Source: Octopus bimaculoides | Taxonomy: Eukaryota | Direction of reading: 5' to 3' | DNA: 64,000 nt | Assembly: GCF_001194135.2 (NCBI RefSeq) | Contig: NC_068989.1 | Span: 95,992,042-96,056,041 of the forward strand | Part shown: positions 24,943 through 36,520 of the stretch, in pieces | Layout: each line of letters starts with the position of its first letter | Position numbering within the stretch: the stretch's first letter is position 1 | Made by a program: the position numbers and the translations under genes | Notes under the pieces: generated by a model | Seen by the model: the letters and a program-made list of their open reading frames with translations, nothing else | Databases searched by the model: none | What the model was told of the DNA's origin: nothing

Positions 24943-26792
24943 GTTATTCTTTTACTTGAAATTCCAAATTTCTCCTCACAACAATATCAGTATTTGTCAA
25001 GATTGATCATTTAATGGTGAAACAAAACAAAGTAATTTGCCAGAGGAGGTAGCAGAAAAGAGAACCATTCCATCTGTTTATGTATCAACTATGGGCAGGT
25101 CCCTCAAGACATTTTAGTTTTCATTAAACATTCCCTTACAATTTTACCATTTTCATAACAGACTTATTGGATTTCAAATATAATTTGTTTAATGTTCAAA
25201 ATCATTGAAACTTTGGAGGACTCTTAATTAATTTAGTTGCTGATGCTATGAAAAGAATCTATTTGTTTAAAGCTAGTTCTTGATTTAAATAGATAGAATA
25301 ATAGATAGAGATGATATTGGAATGAATAATATTATTTGTGATAGAATATTCAATTCTAAGGAAGAAGAATTGCTAACTTGTTACTAATCATTATTCTGAT
25401 TTTGTCTTTTAAAAAAGTGTCCAGTGTTTGGTGAGATAGAATTCTGTATTAGATATTTGTGTCGTGCCTCTGAACACATTGTAGAGCTTGCCTCAGTCTA
25501 CCTGGCTGATAAAACAGACTCTGCTTCTATTTCATTGTTGTGTGTTTAGTGACAGGAAGAGTGTCTTCACGTGAACAATGGTCCTTTCAAATTTTGGCAA
25601 AAGTAGTTGACCACATCGGTCCCCGTGCTCAGCTGATACATTCTTTATCAACCCCAGAATTACGATCGACAAAGTTGACCTAAGCTGCATTTGAACTAAG
25701 AACATAAAGAACCAGAAGAAATAATAGCAATTGCTTGAACAAAAAGCCTCCTCGTTAAGTGAATGTTGAAGACCATATTTATGAGAGATGAACTGGCCGA
25801 CCCATCAGGACACCAAACAAAATGAGGTATTTCTCCTGACTCTCTGCATTCTTAGTTCAAATCACACTATGGTCAACTTTGTCTTTCACCCTTCAAAGGT
25901 TCAGAAATGAGTTCCTAGTCTCTTGGATGATTGGTTAGTAGAATCTTGAGAGGAGCATTGGATCAGTTAACTTGTAGGATATATTCTGTCTATCTGTATT
26001 CTGAGTTCAAATCACTCTAAGAACAACTTTGTTTTTCATCTGTTGGGAGTTGAGGAATAAAGTACCAGTCTAGGGTGAGCGATGGGTCCAAATGTTAAAG
26101 CATCAACCAAGATGCCTTACATTATTTCTTCTGACAGAATTGTTTCCATACAAAATTCTTAATTGCATTTCTTCTGGCATTATATGTCCTGGGTTCAAAT
26201 ACCGCTGGATTTGAATTTCTCTTTCATTCTTTCCTGCCCAATTAAATGAGTACCAGCTGACCACTAGGGTCAATGTAATCAACTAACCCCGACCTTTACA
26301 ATTGCTGACCTTGTACCAAAACTTGAATCCCTTCCTTTTTTGTGGTTTCAAATTCAAACCCTGTTGTAACTTGTTTGCATGAAAGACTTAATCTGCTTTA
26401 ACAACACCGGCAAGTCTGTGGGTCCTGATCAGTTTCAAGCACTCTGGCCTGGACTTCTGGTTTAAAGGTATTCTCCTTCCTGTGTTTCTTCCAGTAATCT
26501 TAGGTGCCATGAAAAGAAGCACTACATACAGCCATTCCTTTTAATCTATGCAATAAAGAAAGACCTAATCTGTGACCCCTGTCTAACATTAACACTGACT
26601 CCTGTGTATTTATTGTGGTATCACCAAACTGAGAGTAGCTCCATCTCTTCATATTCTGCTTTCTATTATTTTCTTGCTTCACCTTTTTTCAAATCAAAGT
26701 GTTTTTCTCCAGAATACAACACATCACCTGATCCAGGAACTGAACCCATGATCTCCCAATCATGAGTGCAACACTCTAACCACTAGGCTATG

Positions 26793-26833
<41 letters not shown>

Positions 26834-27435
26834 NNNNNNNNNNCTTAGCTGTATAGGCAACTTGCCAGACTCATATGGCCTGAGGCACATAACCTCTCTA
26901 CAACTGGAGGAAAGAATATATAATAGTTAGTTAATTTTGTAAGCAAAAAATTCCAGTTATGAAATTCTACAGATAAGCTTTCAAGTTGGGTGAGGTTCTC
27001 CCCTGTCATCAATTTCAGGTTTGTCCATAATGGTTTTCAAAGTTGATGATAGTGTATTCTTATTTGGCAAGTGGAGAATTCCATATTTGCAACAGGAATC
27101 TTCTCTGATGTGGGCATTGATTAAACATCTCTTTTTTGAAGTTTAAAAAAGATCTAAGAGCAAGGGAATTTTTCGGGGTCCTTGTTCTCCCACCCAAGCA
27201 AAGCTTATGTTATTTGCTCTCTCAAACACTTCAAAGCAGCCCTACTGGGCATCATTCCTAAACTGGGATTCTTTAGGTCTTCTAGTTCCTTTCAGTGCAA
27301 AGCCTCTTCTGATTTACAATTGCTAAAAGACTTGGATAGTACCTAACTCTTCTCCACCAAAAACATAGCCTATATAGGATAGACACATGTATATGCAATG
27401 GGCTTTTAGAGGATAGATACACTTCCCCACATACT

Positions 27436-27890
27436 TACAATAGCATTAATAGGGAAGCCAAACAGTTAGCCAAAAGTTTAGGTATAGCAGATTGAGTACA
27501 AGTGTTAACCAAGGGGAATGCCTTTATCAGCATCAAGGGCCAGAAAGCAAACATTGCCTCGAACCCCTGATGCTTCCTGATTAACCTGCTTAAATCAGAA
27601 ATCAACCTGGCAAGCAAACATATACAAAGAAAGATCAATGACAACATAAGGGGTGCATCCAATCTCTCCTTATGGTGTTGTACCAATGAAGTGATTTCAT
27701 GGTTTAAAACCAACCAGACTAGTGGCAGGGCAAGGTTCACCCAATTTGGTAAAGTGGATTTTGATATGTCTATATTGAAAGGGTTACTAGTTAAAGCACG
27801 TATGTTTGCTGGGAATTCCACTGATACTAGTGATGGGGACATAGATGTAATTATGCATGCTAGGAAAACACTGCTGTTCAATAAACAGGT
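27436..27890 (+). pseudogene. Degraded Penelope-like RT fragment of a second lineage
   Basis: One frame with 2 stops: YNSINREAKQLAKSLGIAD*VQVLTKGNAFISIKGQKANIASNP*CFLINLLKSEINLASKHIQRKINDNIRGASNLSLWCCTNEVISWFK...FTQFGKVDFDMSI...DIDVIMHARKTLLFNK. It resembles the recalled PLE pattern AFITLKDHK..F...P.CRLINP.KSE.G...FIQFDIVDFYPSI...IMHARKSLLF. Confidence 0.75.
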
Positions 27891-28284
27891 CTTTGGTTCG
27901 AAGCTAATTTCATCCCTTTCTTCCCATCAGTCTCAGAGACCCTAAAAAAATAAGTGCTGCCCTTCCCTTTTTGACCATAAGGTTGAAAACACATACATGC
28001 ACCCAAGTTGTCAGTGTATTTGTTTGTTAAACAGAAAGGGTTGTTACATACAACCCTTTCTGTTTTAAAACAATTGAATAAAAGAAATTTTTAAAAACTC
28101 ATAGCCAGCCATAATACTTTTGAAATCTTATTCATTGAACCATGAACAGAAGAAGGTTGAAAATTGTTGGCTGCACCCACTAAAAAGATGAGCTATTTAG
28201 GGGTCTAAGATTGATAACCAGTGTTATCAATCTTAAGTTGGCTGCTCAGGATGAGAGATTGATAGAATAATTACAAACACTGTA

Positions 28285-28297
28285 CTACGACTACTAC

Positions 28298-28388
<91 letters not shown>

Positions 28389-28405
28389 GTTGTTGTTGTT
28401 GTTGC
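28285..28405. repeat. (ACT)/(ATT)n/(GTT)n microsatellite
   Basis: Long ATT run; the poly-Asn ORF is an artefact of it. Confidence 0.98.
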
Positions 28406-29055
28406 TGCTGAACTCCCTCTGAACGCCATCCATTTATTGCCTTCTCATTTTACCTTAGATTACATTACACAATTTATGTGTTTGTATTTGTTTAAGATGT
28501 TAAGATTTGTGATACATTTTACTGCTACTTTTAGCAAGCTGAACGACCATGTACCGGCTCCCATGCTGGCTTGGTCTTATTTAGTTGTGAGGTAATGTAT
28601 ACTCAATCACCACTAATAATATTCATCATTCATAATTCTAATCCTTCACATGATTCATAAATAGTCTCTCTTTCTCATTATAACATTACTGTTCAAACAG
28701 GCTGCCAAGCTCTTTTCTCTTCCCTTTCTACGTCGACTTTCTTAGCAGCTGCTCTTCACAATACTCAAGTACAACTTAGCTACTTAGGTATCATCCTTCA
28801 CTTCAAACTAAACCATGCATTTTATCCAGTGCATATCACACTCTACAATGATTCTCCTCTGCAATGTGCCAACCACAATTCTAGAAAGACATTAATTACC
28901 GCCCAGTCTCTGTTGCCTTTGTCTTCCTCCAGCTATATTTTCTGGGATTCTCTTCACTATTTAAATGAAAGTGGCTTCATAAAAATACTTCATTTCCAAA
29001 CTGAGACTATTTTCTTCTGATGAATTTATTCAAGAACTGGATTCCTTTAAACATC

Positions 29056-29093
<38 letters not shown>

Positions 29094-30365
29094 GGTGTAT
29101 ATAGGCAGAGGAATGACTGTGTGGCTTATGATGTTTGTTCCACGACCCCATGGTTTCAGTCCCATAGCAGGGCATCTTGGGCTAATCTCTTTCCCATGGC
29201 CTCGACAATGACCAAAACCTTGTGAGCAAATTTAGAATTTAAGTGGCAGAAGAAACCATGCATAAGTCCTTTGTGTGTGTTTGTGTGGTGTAAGGCCAAT
29301 ATGGCCAAATGGTCAAGGAGTTCATTTTGCCATGACAAAGCCTCAGGTTCAATCTTATTGCTCAGCATCTTGTGCTAACTTCATTTTCTTCAGGCTCGAG
29401 TTGATAGCTGCCTCATAAGTGAAATATGATCGATGGAAAACGTACAGAAGCCTGTCAGATTGCTTGTAAAAAAAATTACAGCCTTGCCACATTCTGTTTC
29501 ACACTGAATCTGTTTGAGAATTCCATTCAGGGGACACCAAGTATTAGAGGAATATTCTGCCACTTACACATTAATTTAAGAACAGAATTGAATAAAACTG
29601 AATCGCAATCATTGAGTCACGCATCCACACACACACACACACACACACTTGTGTGTGTGTGTGTGTGTTTACATATGTGCACGTATTTATATCTCCTTGT
29701 TTTGATATTGCATGTGAATAAGTGCCACCATCGTACAAGTGGTGTCATTTGTTTGCAGTTGTCCATGAAAACGTGTCTGGCCTTGGGAGGTGTATTACTT
29801 TGCTTACAAACAGTTGAGGGTTTGCAACAGGAAAGGCATCCAGTCATAGACACCCTTCCTCAGTAGATTTCATCTGATCCATGCAAGCAAGGAAAGGTAG
29901 ATGCTGGCATGATGGTGGTGGTGGTGGTGGTGGTGGTGGTGATGGCAGTGATATATTTGCTATTTAAATACAAGAAAACACCATTCAAAATCATTTGTAA
30001 ATATGAGAAAACAAACTCTATTGGGTCAGTTGAAAGAAAGTTGTTTTCTTTCTTTCTTTCTTTCTTTTTGTCTTTTATTGACTAAAAACGGAAACTGCAC
30101 TCTGTTGTGAATAGCAGTAATGTATTCTTTTATTTGAAATCTAATCCTACTTGAGACTGAACTGGCTGCCTCGTCGTACAATACTTTAACCCTGTCACAG
30201 ACAGTGTCTCAATGGAAATCATTCTATTAGCAGAGGTGGAACAAACGATTCCCATGCCAACAAGCTACTAGAATTCAGTTAAATGCAAAAAAAAAAAAAG
30301 AAAAAAGAATTATGAGTCATCAAGAGTTTAGCTGCATAAAGATGTAGGTTTTTATTTTATCATAG

Positions 30366-30396
<31 letters not shown>

Positions 30397-31594
30397 AATT
30401 TTTTTCAGCAGTCACCATGCTGCAATTTAGCATGAGTTAATACAACAATGATAATATTAAGAAAATATTATCTCTCTCTCCAACTTCTTAATATTTATTT
30501 CTTTTTTTCTTATCTAAATACCTCACAATGTTCAGAAAGCTAAATAGATCAGCCGGTATTTTTCTTGTTGTAATTTAAACTCTGCTCACTTCATTGCTAA
30601 CAACTGCTATAACCTGCAAATGTTTGCTTCTTCATAGAATTTAGTTAGCTGCATTGTGACTGAGTACCGTGTAATCTAGTTGTGTTCATTTTATTTATGT
30701 CTCTCTTTCTGACGAAGCCATTTCACTGTATTTTGGTGACACGGTTGCTAAGTCTAAGAGAATGTCCTGCTGATATGTGCCATTCATTTATGTTTCACTT
30801 TTATTGCAAACATCTCTAGACAATGTCCCCGAGAGATAATATCTATTGCCAGAAAGTTATCTCTTAGTATTCTTTATTGTTATTATTATTATTACTTTTT
30901 TATTATTATGTTGTTGTTTTTTTTGGGGGGGGGGTTCCAGTACAGCTCCCCCTCCATATGCATAGCTTTGAGGAATTAATGTTTGGACAGCAACTCAGAT
31001 AGAGATAAATATAATTCAGTTATAATGTCATCGCCTATATTTGTCTGTCTTGCACAAATATTTATTAATATATGATGAAATATATCTGAAACAGGAATCT
31101 ATTATTATATAAAAGAACTTCAAAAGCATACCTATTCTTTTAATATTGGATGGTTTGCTTGCAGTAAATATCTAATTTAATTGTAGCAATAGACTATCTG
31201 TGCGTGTATGTGTGTGTAGTCTTTATATATATATATATATCTTCCTGTTGTATACATTTTATATATTAACATATTGGCAACGATTTTTGCTTGTGAGGAA
31301 ATGAATGATTATCCTTCTCTGAACATCCTGCTGCATATCTGTTGCACTTAAACATACAAACGCACAAACATATATATATACCTGAAAGAAGTAATTTTAC
31401 TCTGGAAATATTAAAAAAAAAAACCAGAAAAAACAGCCAACAAATATCAGGAAGCATGTGATATGTAAGAGTATACCAATTGGTGAGTTGTGCTTTGATA
31501 TCAAGCATATGCTATCATATCACAATGTTCTGGTATCTCATGGATTTGTCATTTCAAGTTTTTCAAAGTGAACAAGGTTAGTCTTCTTTACGGA

Positions 31595-31830
31595 TGAGAA
31601 GAATACGCCTATGGACCTGAAACCTGGATTATGAAGGGGTTTTAGGGTTCACCAGGATTCTCACAAAAACTTGAAACATCTGACATCAACAGCTCAGAGA
31701 TCCAGAACAAATACTGTCGGACCGTCTCTCCACTTCTGTGTTGCCTCTGCCAGTTTGCCATATTTGGATTCTTAGCTCAAGTGTCGATTGCTTCATTGCT
31801 GTAACTTGAGATGAAGATCTATACTATGCT
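31595..31830 (+). mobile_element. Highly degraded RTE-like LINE fragment
   Basis: YAYGPETWIM (cf. LYG.ETW), GFTRILTKT*NI, LCQFAIFG (cf. RLQFAGHC). Confidence 0.4.
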
Positions 31831-32485
31831 AAGGCTGAGTAGTCAAAGCTAATCACCATCATCATCATCATCGTTTAACGTCCATTTTCCATGCTGGCAT
31901 GGGTTGGACTGTTTGAGTGAGGACTGGTGAGCCAGCAGCAACACCAGGCTCCAATCTGATCTGGCAATGTTTCTAAATCTGGATGCCCTTCCTAACGCCA
32001 ACCACTCCAAGAGTGTAGTGGGTGATTTTTACATGCCACCAGCACAAGAGCCTGGTTTCAATCACTTTCGGATAGAGCTTTTTTATGTGCCACTGGCATG
32101 GGGGCAGACAGGTAAGAATTGCTGTTGAAAGTATCCTCAACTAACGAAGCATTCTTTAGGTAAATAGCTCCAGGCATGGCTGCGTAGTTAACACGTTTGA
32201 TTTGCAACCGCTTGGGTCTAGATTGAATCCTTCTACACAACAACTTGGATCTTCTGTGATTGCCTTGGCATGACCAATTGTATCTAGAATTTAGTCGATG
32301 GAAACTGTGCTGATGCTCGTTGCATTTATGAACATGTGTGTCTATTGGTTATGATTGGATGCTTTAGAAGTTCAGTTCACAATCACATGCTTCTGAGTTT
32401 CAATTTTACTGCTGAAGTCTTTGCTTGACAAATAGTTTGTGAGTAGAATTTGATAAGACTTGAACTAAGCTGATGCATAATGTAT

Positions 32486-32567
<82 letters not shown>

Positions 32568-34015
32568 ATGTCTTTTGTTTAATATTGCATACTTATGTGT
32601 CTTGTTTGACAAATAGAGAATGATGAAATAAAGTACTGAGTAGCTAGTCAAATGCCCAAGCATGGCCACAATCCAGTGACTAGAAGAAAAAAAAACATCC
32701 CCAGCTCCTTAACCAGGTTCTGTGAAAGTGTGTAGCCTAATGGTCAGAGTGTTGGTTTTAGGATCGGAGGGTCATGAGACGAATGTCCGCATTGAGTGGT
32801 ATGTGGTTTTGTCTTTGAGTGAGATGCTTCATTTTGACATAGTTCCAGGCTTCTCAGCTGAAGATGGGTGCTGTGCAACTGTTCCTCTCACTCTTCATCT
32901 GTCACATCTTTGATATTCCATTGGTTCAAGAGCCAAGAGGCCTTCGTGTCTGTTCACAACTACATTTCTACCTAAATCAGTGAGTAAAATCACGGCATGT
33001 GCTCCCAGGCCATACTTGCTTATGAGTGACAACTTTAGTTTTAGAGATAAACATATGCAAGGATATCAATGAAAAGTGTTAAACTTGCAAATACATCCCC
33101 TGATTCTTTACATAAATAAATCTCATTGTTTTAAATGACACTGTAAATATATATTTAAGTCCTAATTCCTAAGACAGCAATTTTCAACATGGAGATGAAG
33201 TGGTGGAAGATATATGGCTAATCAAATGTCGAAGTTCAACACAAACCAACAGAATGACTTTAAATGTCAAGTAATGTTTTATTATGTACAGGCTGTTTGT
33301 TAGCTTAGTTCTGTATTTTTACTAAGACGACCTTGTCCTTTCTGCATGGGGAAGTGGGGAGGTAGGCTTTAGATGTATTGTCCCAAATGCATGTCATAAG
33401 TTAGAATAAGGTCAGCAGTCATGATTGAGGTCAACCGTCCAGGGCTTTTGTCATTCATTTGATGCTGTATTCTGTTTGAAATTCTGTTCATTGATACTCG
33501 GAGAATATAAACAGAAAGAATTCTAGTGAACTTCAGTTTCGATTGGGTGCAGTATTCCGTGTTGACAAAGTTGAGATGAAAAGTGGTGGAGGAGAAGATT
33601 GTTCAAGAGAAACGAAATGAAGTTTTTGATTTAGAGAAACAGAAACCGGCATAAAAGGGGGAAAAGCAATAATGTCTGCAAGCTAGAGGTGAATGAATTT
33701 TTGGCAATCCTCAGAACGGCCAGCTTTGAGAAACCAAACTCCTGCAGACGTCCTTCTTAGTAGTTGCAAGAACTACATCTCTTCTATGGTGCTTTTGTGA
33801 CTAAAAGACAGGTCTATAAAGATGCACAAATGATATTAACAGGAAAAGAAAACAGGTTCATGTTTGGTTGTGTGGTTAAGATGCTTGCTTTGCAACCACA
33901 TGGTTTCCAGTTCAGTCCCACTGCACAGCATCTTGTCTTTTTAAGGCCCTGATCAAACAATGCCTTCCGAGAGAATTTGGTCAAAAGAAACTGCATGAAA
34001 GTCTGTTGTATATGT

Positions 34016-34083
<68 letters not shown>

Positions 34084-34204
34084 TTGTTCCACCACCACCT
34101 CCACTTGACAACTAGTGCTGGTTTGTTTACATCCCTATAACTTGGCAGTTCATAAAAAGCATCTGATAAAATGAGCAACAGACTTTTGATAAAATAAATA
34201 CTGG

Positions 34205-34540
34205 ATATTATTTACATTATTTACATTGAACGGATATGTGTCCTCATCTTGTTTGCTACCACAGGCATATAGTGTAATGGTTAAGAGCACAGGCTACTAA
34301 CCCCATGATTGAGAGTTCAGTTCCAGGCAGTGCCTTGAATAAATAATAATAATAATGATATCAGCAAAAAAATACCTTAGGAATGAGATCCCAGGGTTGG
34401 GTTCAAAATTCTACCAGGACACCTGATGAAGGCTGGAGAGTAAATCAGCCGAAACGTTGTGGTACCAACAGACAAGATGAGAACACATATCTGCCCAATG
34501 TAAATAATGTACAGAATTCCTCATCTCTAAAGTATAGAAC
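34205..34540 (+). mobile_element. tRNA-headed, hammerhead-bearing non-autonomous element, copy 1
   Basis: Inverted tail 34213-34255; tRNA-like head 34264-34334 (tagtgtaatggtt A box, gagttcagttcc B box); (AAT)n; hammerhead 34420-34461; tail ending gtatagaac; 14-bp direct repeat aaaataaatactgg at 34191-34204 and 34541-34554. Confidence 0.88.
34420..34461 (+). ncRNA. Minimal type I hammerhead ribozyme with canonical core
   Basis: cac-CTGATGA-A-GGCTG-gagagtaaat-CAGCC-GAAA-CG-T-T-gtg: stem I cac/gtg, perfect 5-bp stem II, palindromic ACGT stem III (dimer type). Confidence 0.88.
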
Positions 34541-35629
34541 AAAATAAATACTGGGTTGATTTCTTTGACTTAAGTCTTCAAGGTGATGCTCCAGAATGGC
34601 AGCATTCTAATGGCTGAAACCTGTAAAAGATAAATGATTATAGGTTGGCTCCAGCTAGGCTAAGTTGTGGTTACATAACAACAACAGAGGAGAGAGTCTA
34701 TGCAGTCTACTGAAAATAATAGCCAAATGTTCCTCAAATGACACCCTTACTCTCTTGGGAAACGGTTGGTGTATAATCACTAGTGTACTTAGAAATATGT
34801 AATTCTTTTGAGAAGGACAGGGTTGCCATGGTTGGATAGAATTTGACTGTAAGTTTAGTCATTGAAGGCTGACCAGGGGTTAAAAAATAACCACCATCCA
34901 ATCAATGAATCCCCCTCCCCCATTCAACCAGATGTTGAGTTGGTTTGTAACTACAAATTACTTGATTGTCTATCCACATGAAATAATTAGGCTTAATTAG
35001 AACTCTTCAGTTTATCAACATTTTTTCTACTAATAAGCAGCGAGGTTTCTATGCACCAATCTCTGTCATAAAAGAAGAAATGATACTAAATATAGAGAAA
35101 CTGTAATTAAACGTTGGTGTTAATTACAGCAATCACCACTCCCCTGTCATCATAAGGGAGATGTGAGAGAATCTTGAGGAATGGTTAAATAATAATTCTT
35201 TTCTAAAACAAAGCAGCAATTTTTTTTTGTTAGTGGGGGAAGGGTTAGTAATTTCCGTTGGCTTGTCTTGTACTTCACTGACCCTGGGAAAATGACCTTG
35301 GTAGGATTTGAACTCACAATGCAAAGACCCAGAACAAATACCACTTCCTCTTCACTGATACTCTCACAACACTCCCAGCTGACTACTTTTTTATCCTATT
35401 TCAGTCATCAGACTCTGGCCATGCTGGGGCACCACCTTGAAGAATTATGGTTGAATGAACAGACCTCAGTACATAGTGTTTCTTTTTTTAAGCGTAATAC
35501 TTACTCTGTTGGTCCATTTTGTTGAACCTCTAAGTTATGGGAATGTAAACACACCAACACCGGTTGTCAAGTGGTGGAGGTGGACAAACTCAGACACACA
35601 CCCACACACATATATTTGATATGCTTTTT

Positions 35630-35766
35630 ACATTTTTTACATTTGACGGATATTTGTCCATATCTTGTTTGTTGCTAATACATTTCGGCTGATATACCCT
35701 CCAGCCTTCATCAAGTGTCTTGGGGAAATTTTGAACTTGGGTTCTCATTCCTAAGGTATTTTTCAA

Positions 35767-35816
<50 letters not shown>

Positions 35817-35949
35817 TCACTGCCTGGAATCAAACTCAGAATCTTGGGGTTAGTAGCCTGCACTCTTAACCACTACGCCATATGCCTGTGGGCATATATC
35901 CGTCAAATGTGAATAATGTACATAATTCTTCATCTCTTAAATATAGAAC
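35630..35949 (-). mobile_element. tRNA-headed, hammerhead-bearing non-autonomous element, copy 2
   Basis: Minus strand: ccacaggcatatggcgtagtggttaagagtgcaggctactaacccc...gagtttgattcc, (AAT)n, acac-TTGATGA-A-GGCTG...CAGCC-GAAA-TG, tail. Full tail in opposite orientation at 35892-35949. Degenerate TSD tgatatgcttttt / tg-taggcttttt. Confidence 0.85.
35679..35718 (-). ncRNA. Hammerhead ribozyme, decayed copy (C3U, CpG decay in stem III, stem I damaged)
   Basis: Reverse complement reads acacTTGATGAAGGCTGgagggtatatCAGCCGAAATGTA. Confidence 0.65.
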
Positions 35950-36329
35950 TGTAGGCTTTTTTCAGTTTCCACCTACCAAATCCATTCACAGGGCTTTGGT
36001 CAGCCAGTGATTATAGTGGAAGATATTTGCCCAAGGTGCCACACAGTGGGACTGAACCTGTAACCATGGGGTTTGGAAGCAAGCTTCTAACCACACAGCC
36101 ACACCTACACCTATTATTCTTTTACTTGTTTCAGTCATTTGACAGCAGCCATGCTGGAGCACTGCCTTTAGTCAACCAAATTGTCCCTAGGACTTATTCT
36201 TTGTAAGCCTAGTCCTTATTCTGTTGGTCTCTATTGCTGAACTGCTAAGTTACAGGGACATAAACACACCAGCATTGGTTGTCAAACAATGTTGGAAGGG
36301 AGGACAAACACATCGCTAGCCACGAAACC

Positions 36330-36485
36330 TTTTTCTATTTTCTCTCCATGTTTATTTCTGTGTTCCTTTCTGTCGAAGAGCATACGCTCGAAACGTAAAA
36401 GACTTTCTTACTTTCAAAGTGTTAAACTATTACATCTGTTTGTTGTTTACACACTCATCTTCATCTTTTGTTTTTTTGTAAATTC

Positions 36486-36490
<5 letters not shown>
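36330..36490 (+). mobile_element. Penelope pLTR-like remnant (family D) with hammerhead-like motif
   Basis: cttt-CTGTCGA-A-GAGC-atac-GCTC-GAAA-CG-T-A-aaag at 36366-36401; a pyrimidine-rich lead-in and a tail ending attctcac before (TA)n. Confidence 0.65.

Positions 36491-36517
<27 letters not shown>

Positions 36518-36520
<3 letters not shown>

Larger units (their letters stand above)
33860..34640 (+). mobile_element. SINE family A copy interrupted by the tRNA-hammerhead element
   Basis: Head, spacer and tail 1 resume after 34540 with gggttgatttctttgact...gatgctccag...gctgaaacctgtaaaag. Confidence 0.8.
35390..36110 (-). mobile_element. SINE family A copy interrupted by the second tRNA-hammerhead element
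   Basis: Tail 1 at 35390-35590; head at 35950-36110 (gccaaggtgccacacagtgggactgaacc). Confidence 0.8.

Noticed and set aside
34264-34334. tRNA-like sequence as a genuine tRNA gene
   Set aside because: The acceptor and anticodon stems pair poorly and it is embedded in a TSD-flanked repeat; treated as a SINE-type head.
34205-34540. Helentron/HINE interpretation of the subterminal inverted repeats
   Set aside because: 13-14 bp target duplications and a hammerhead fit target-primed retrotransposition better than rolling-circle insertion.
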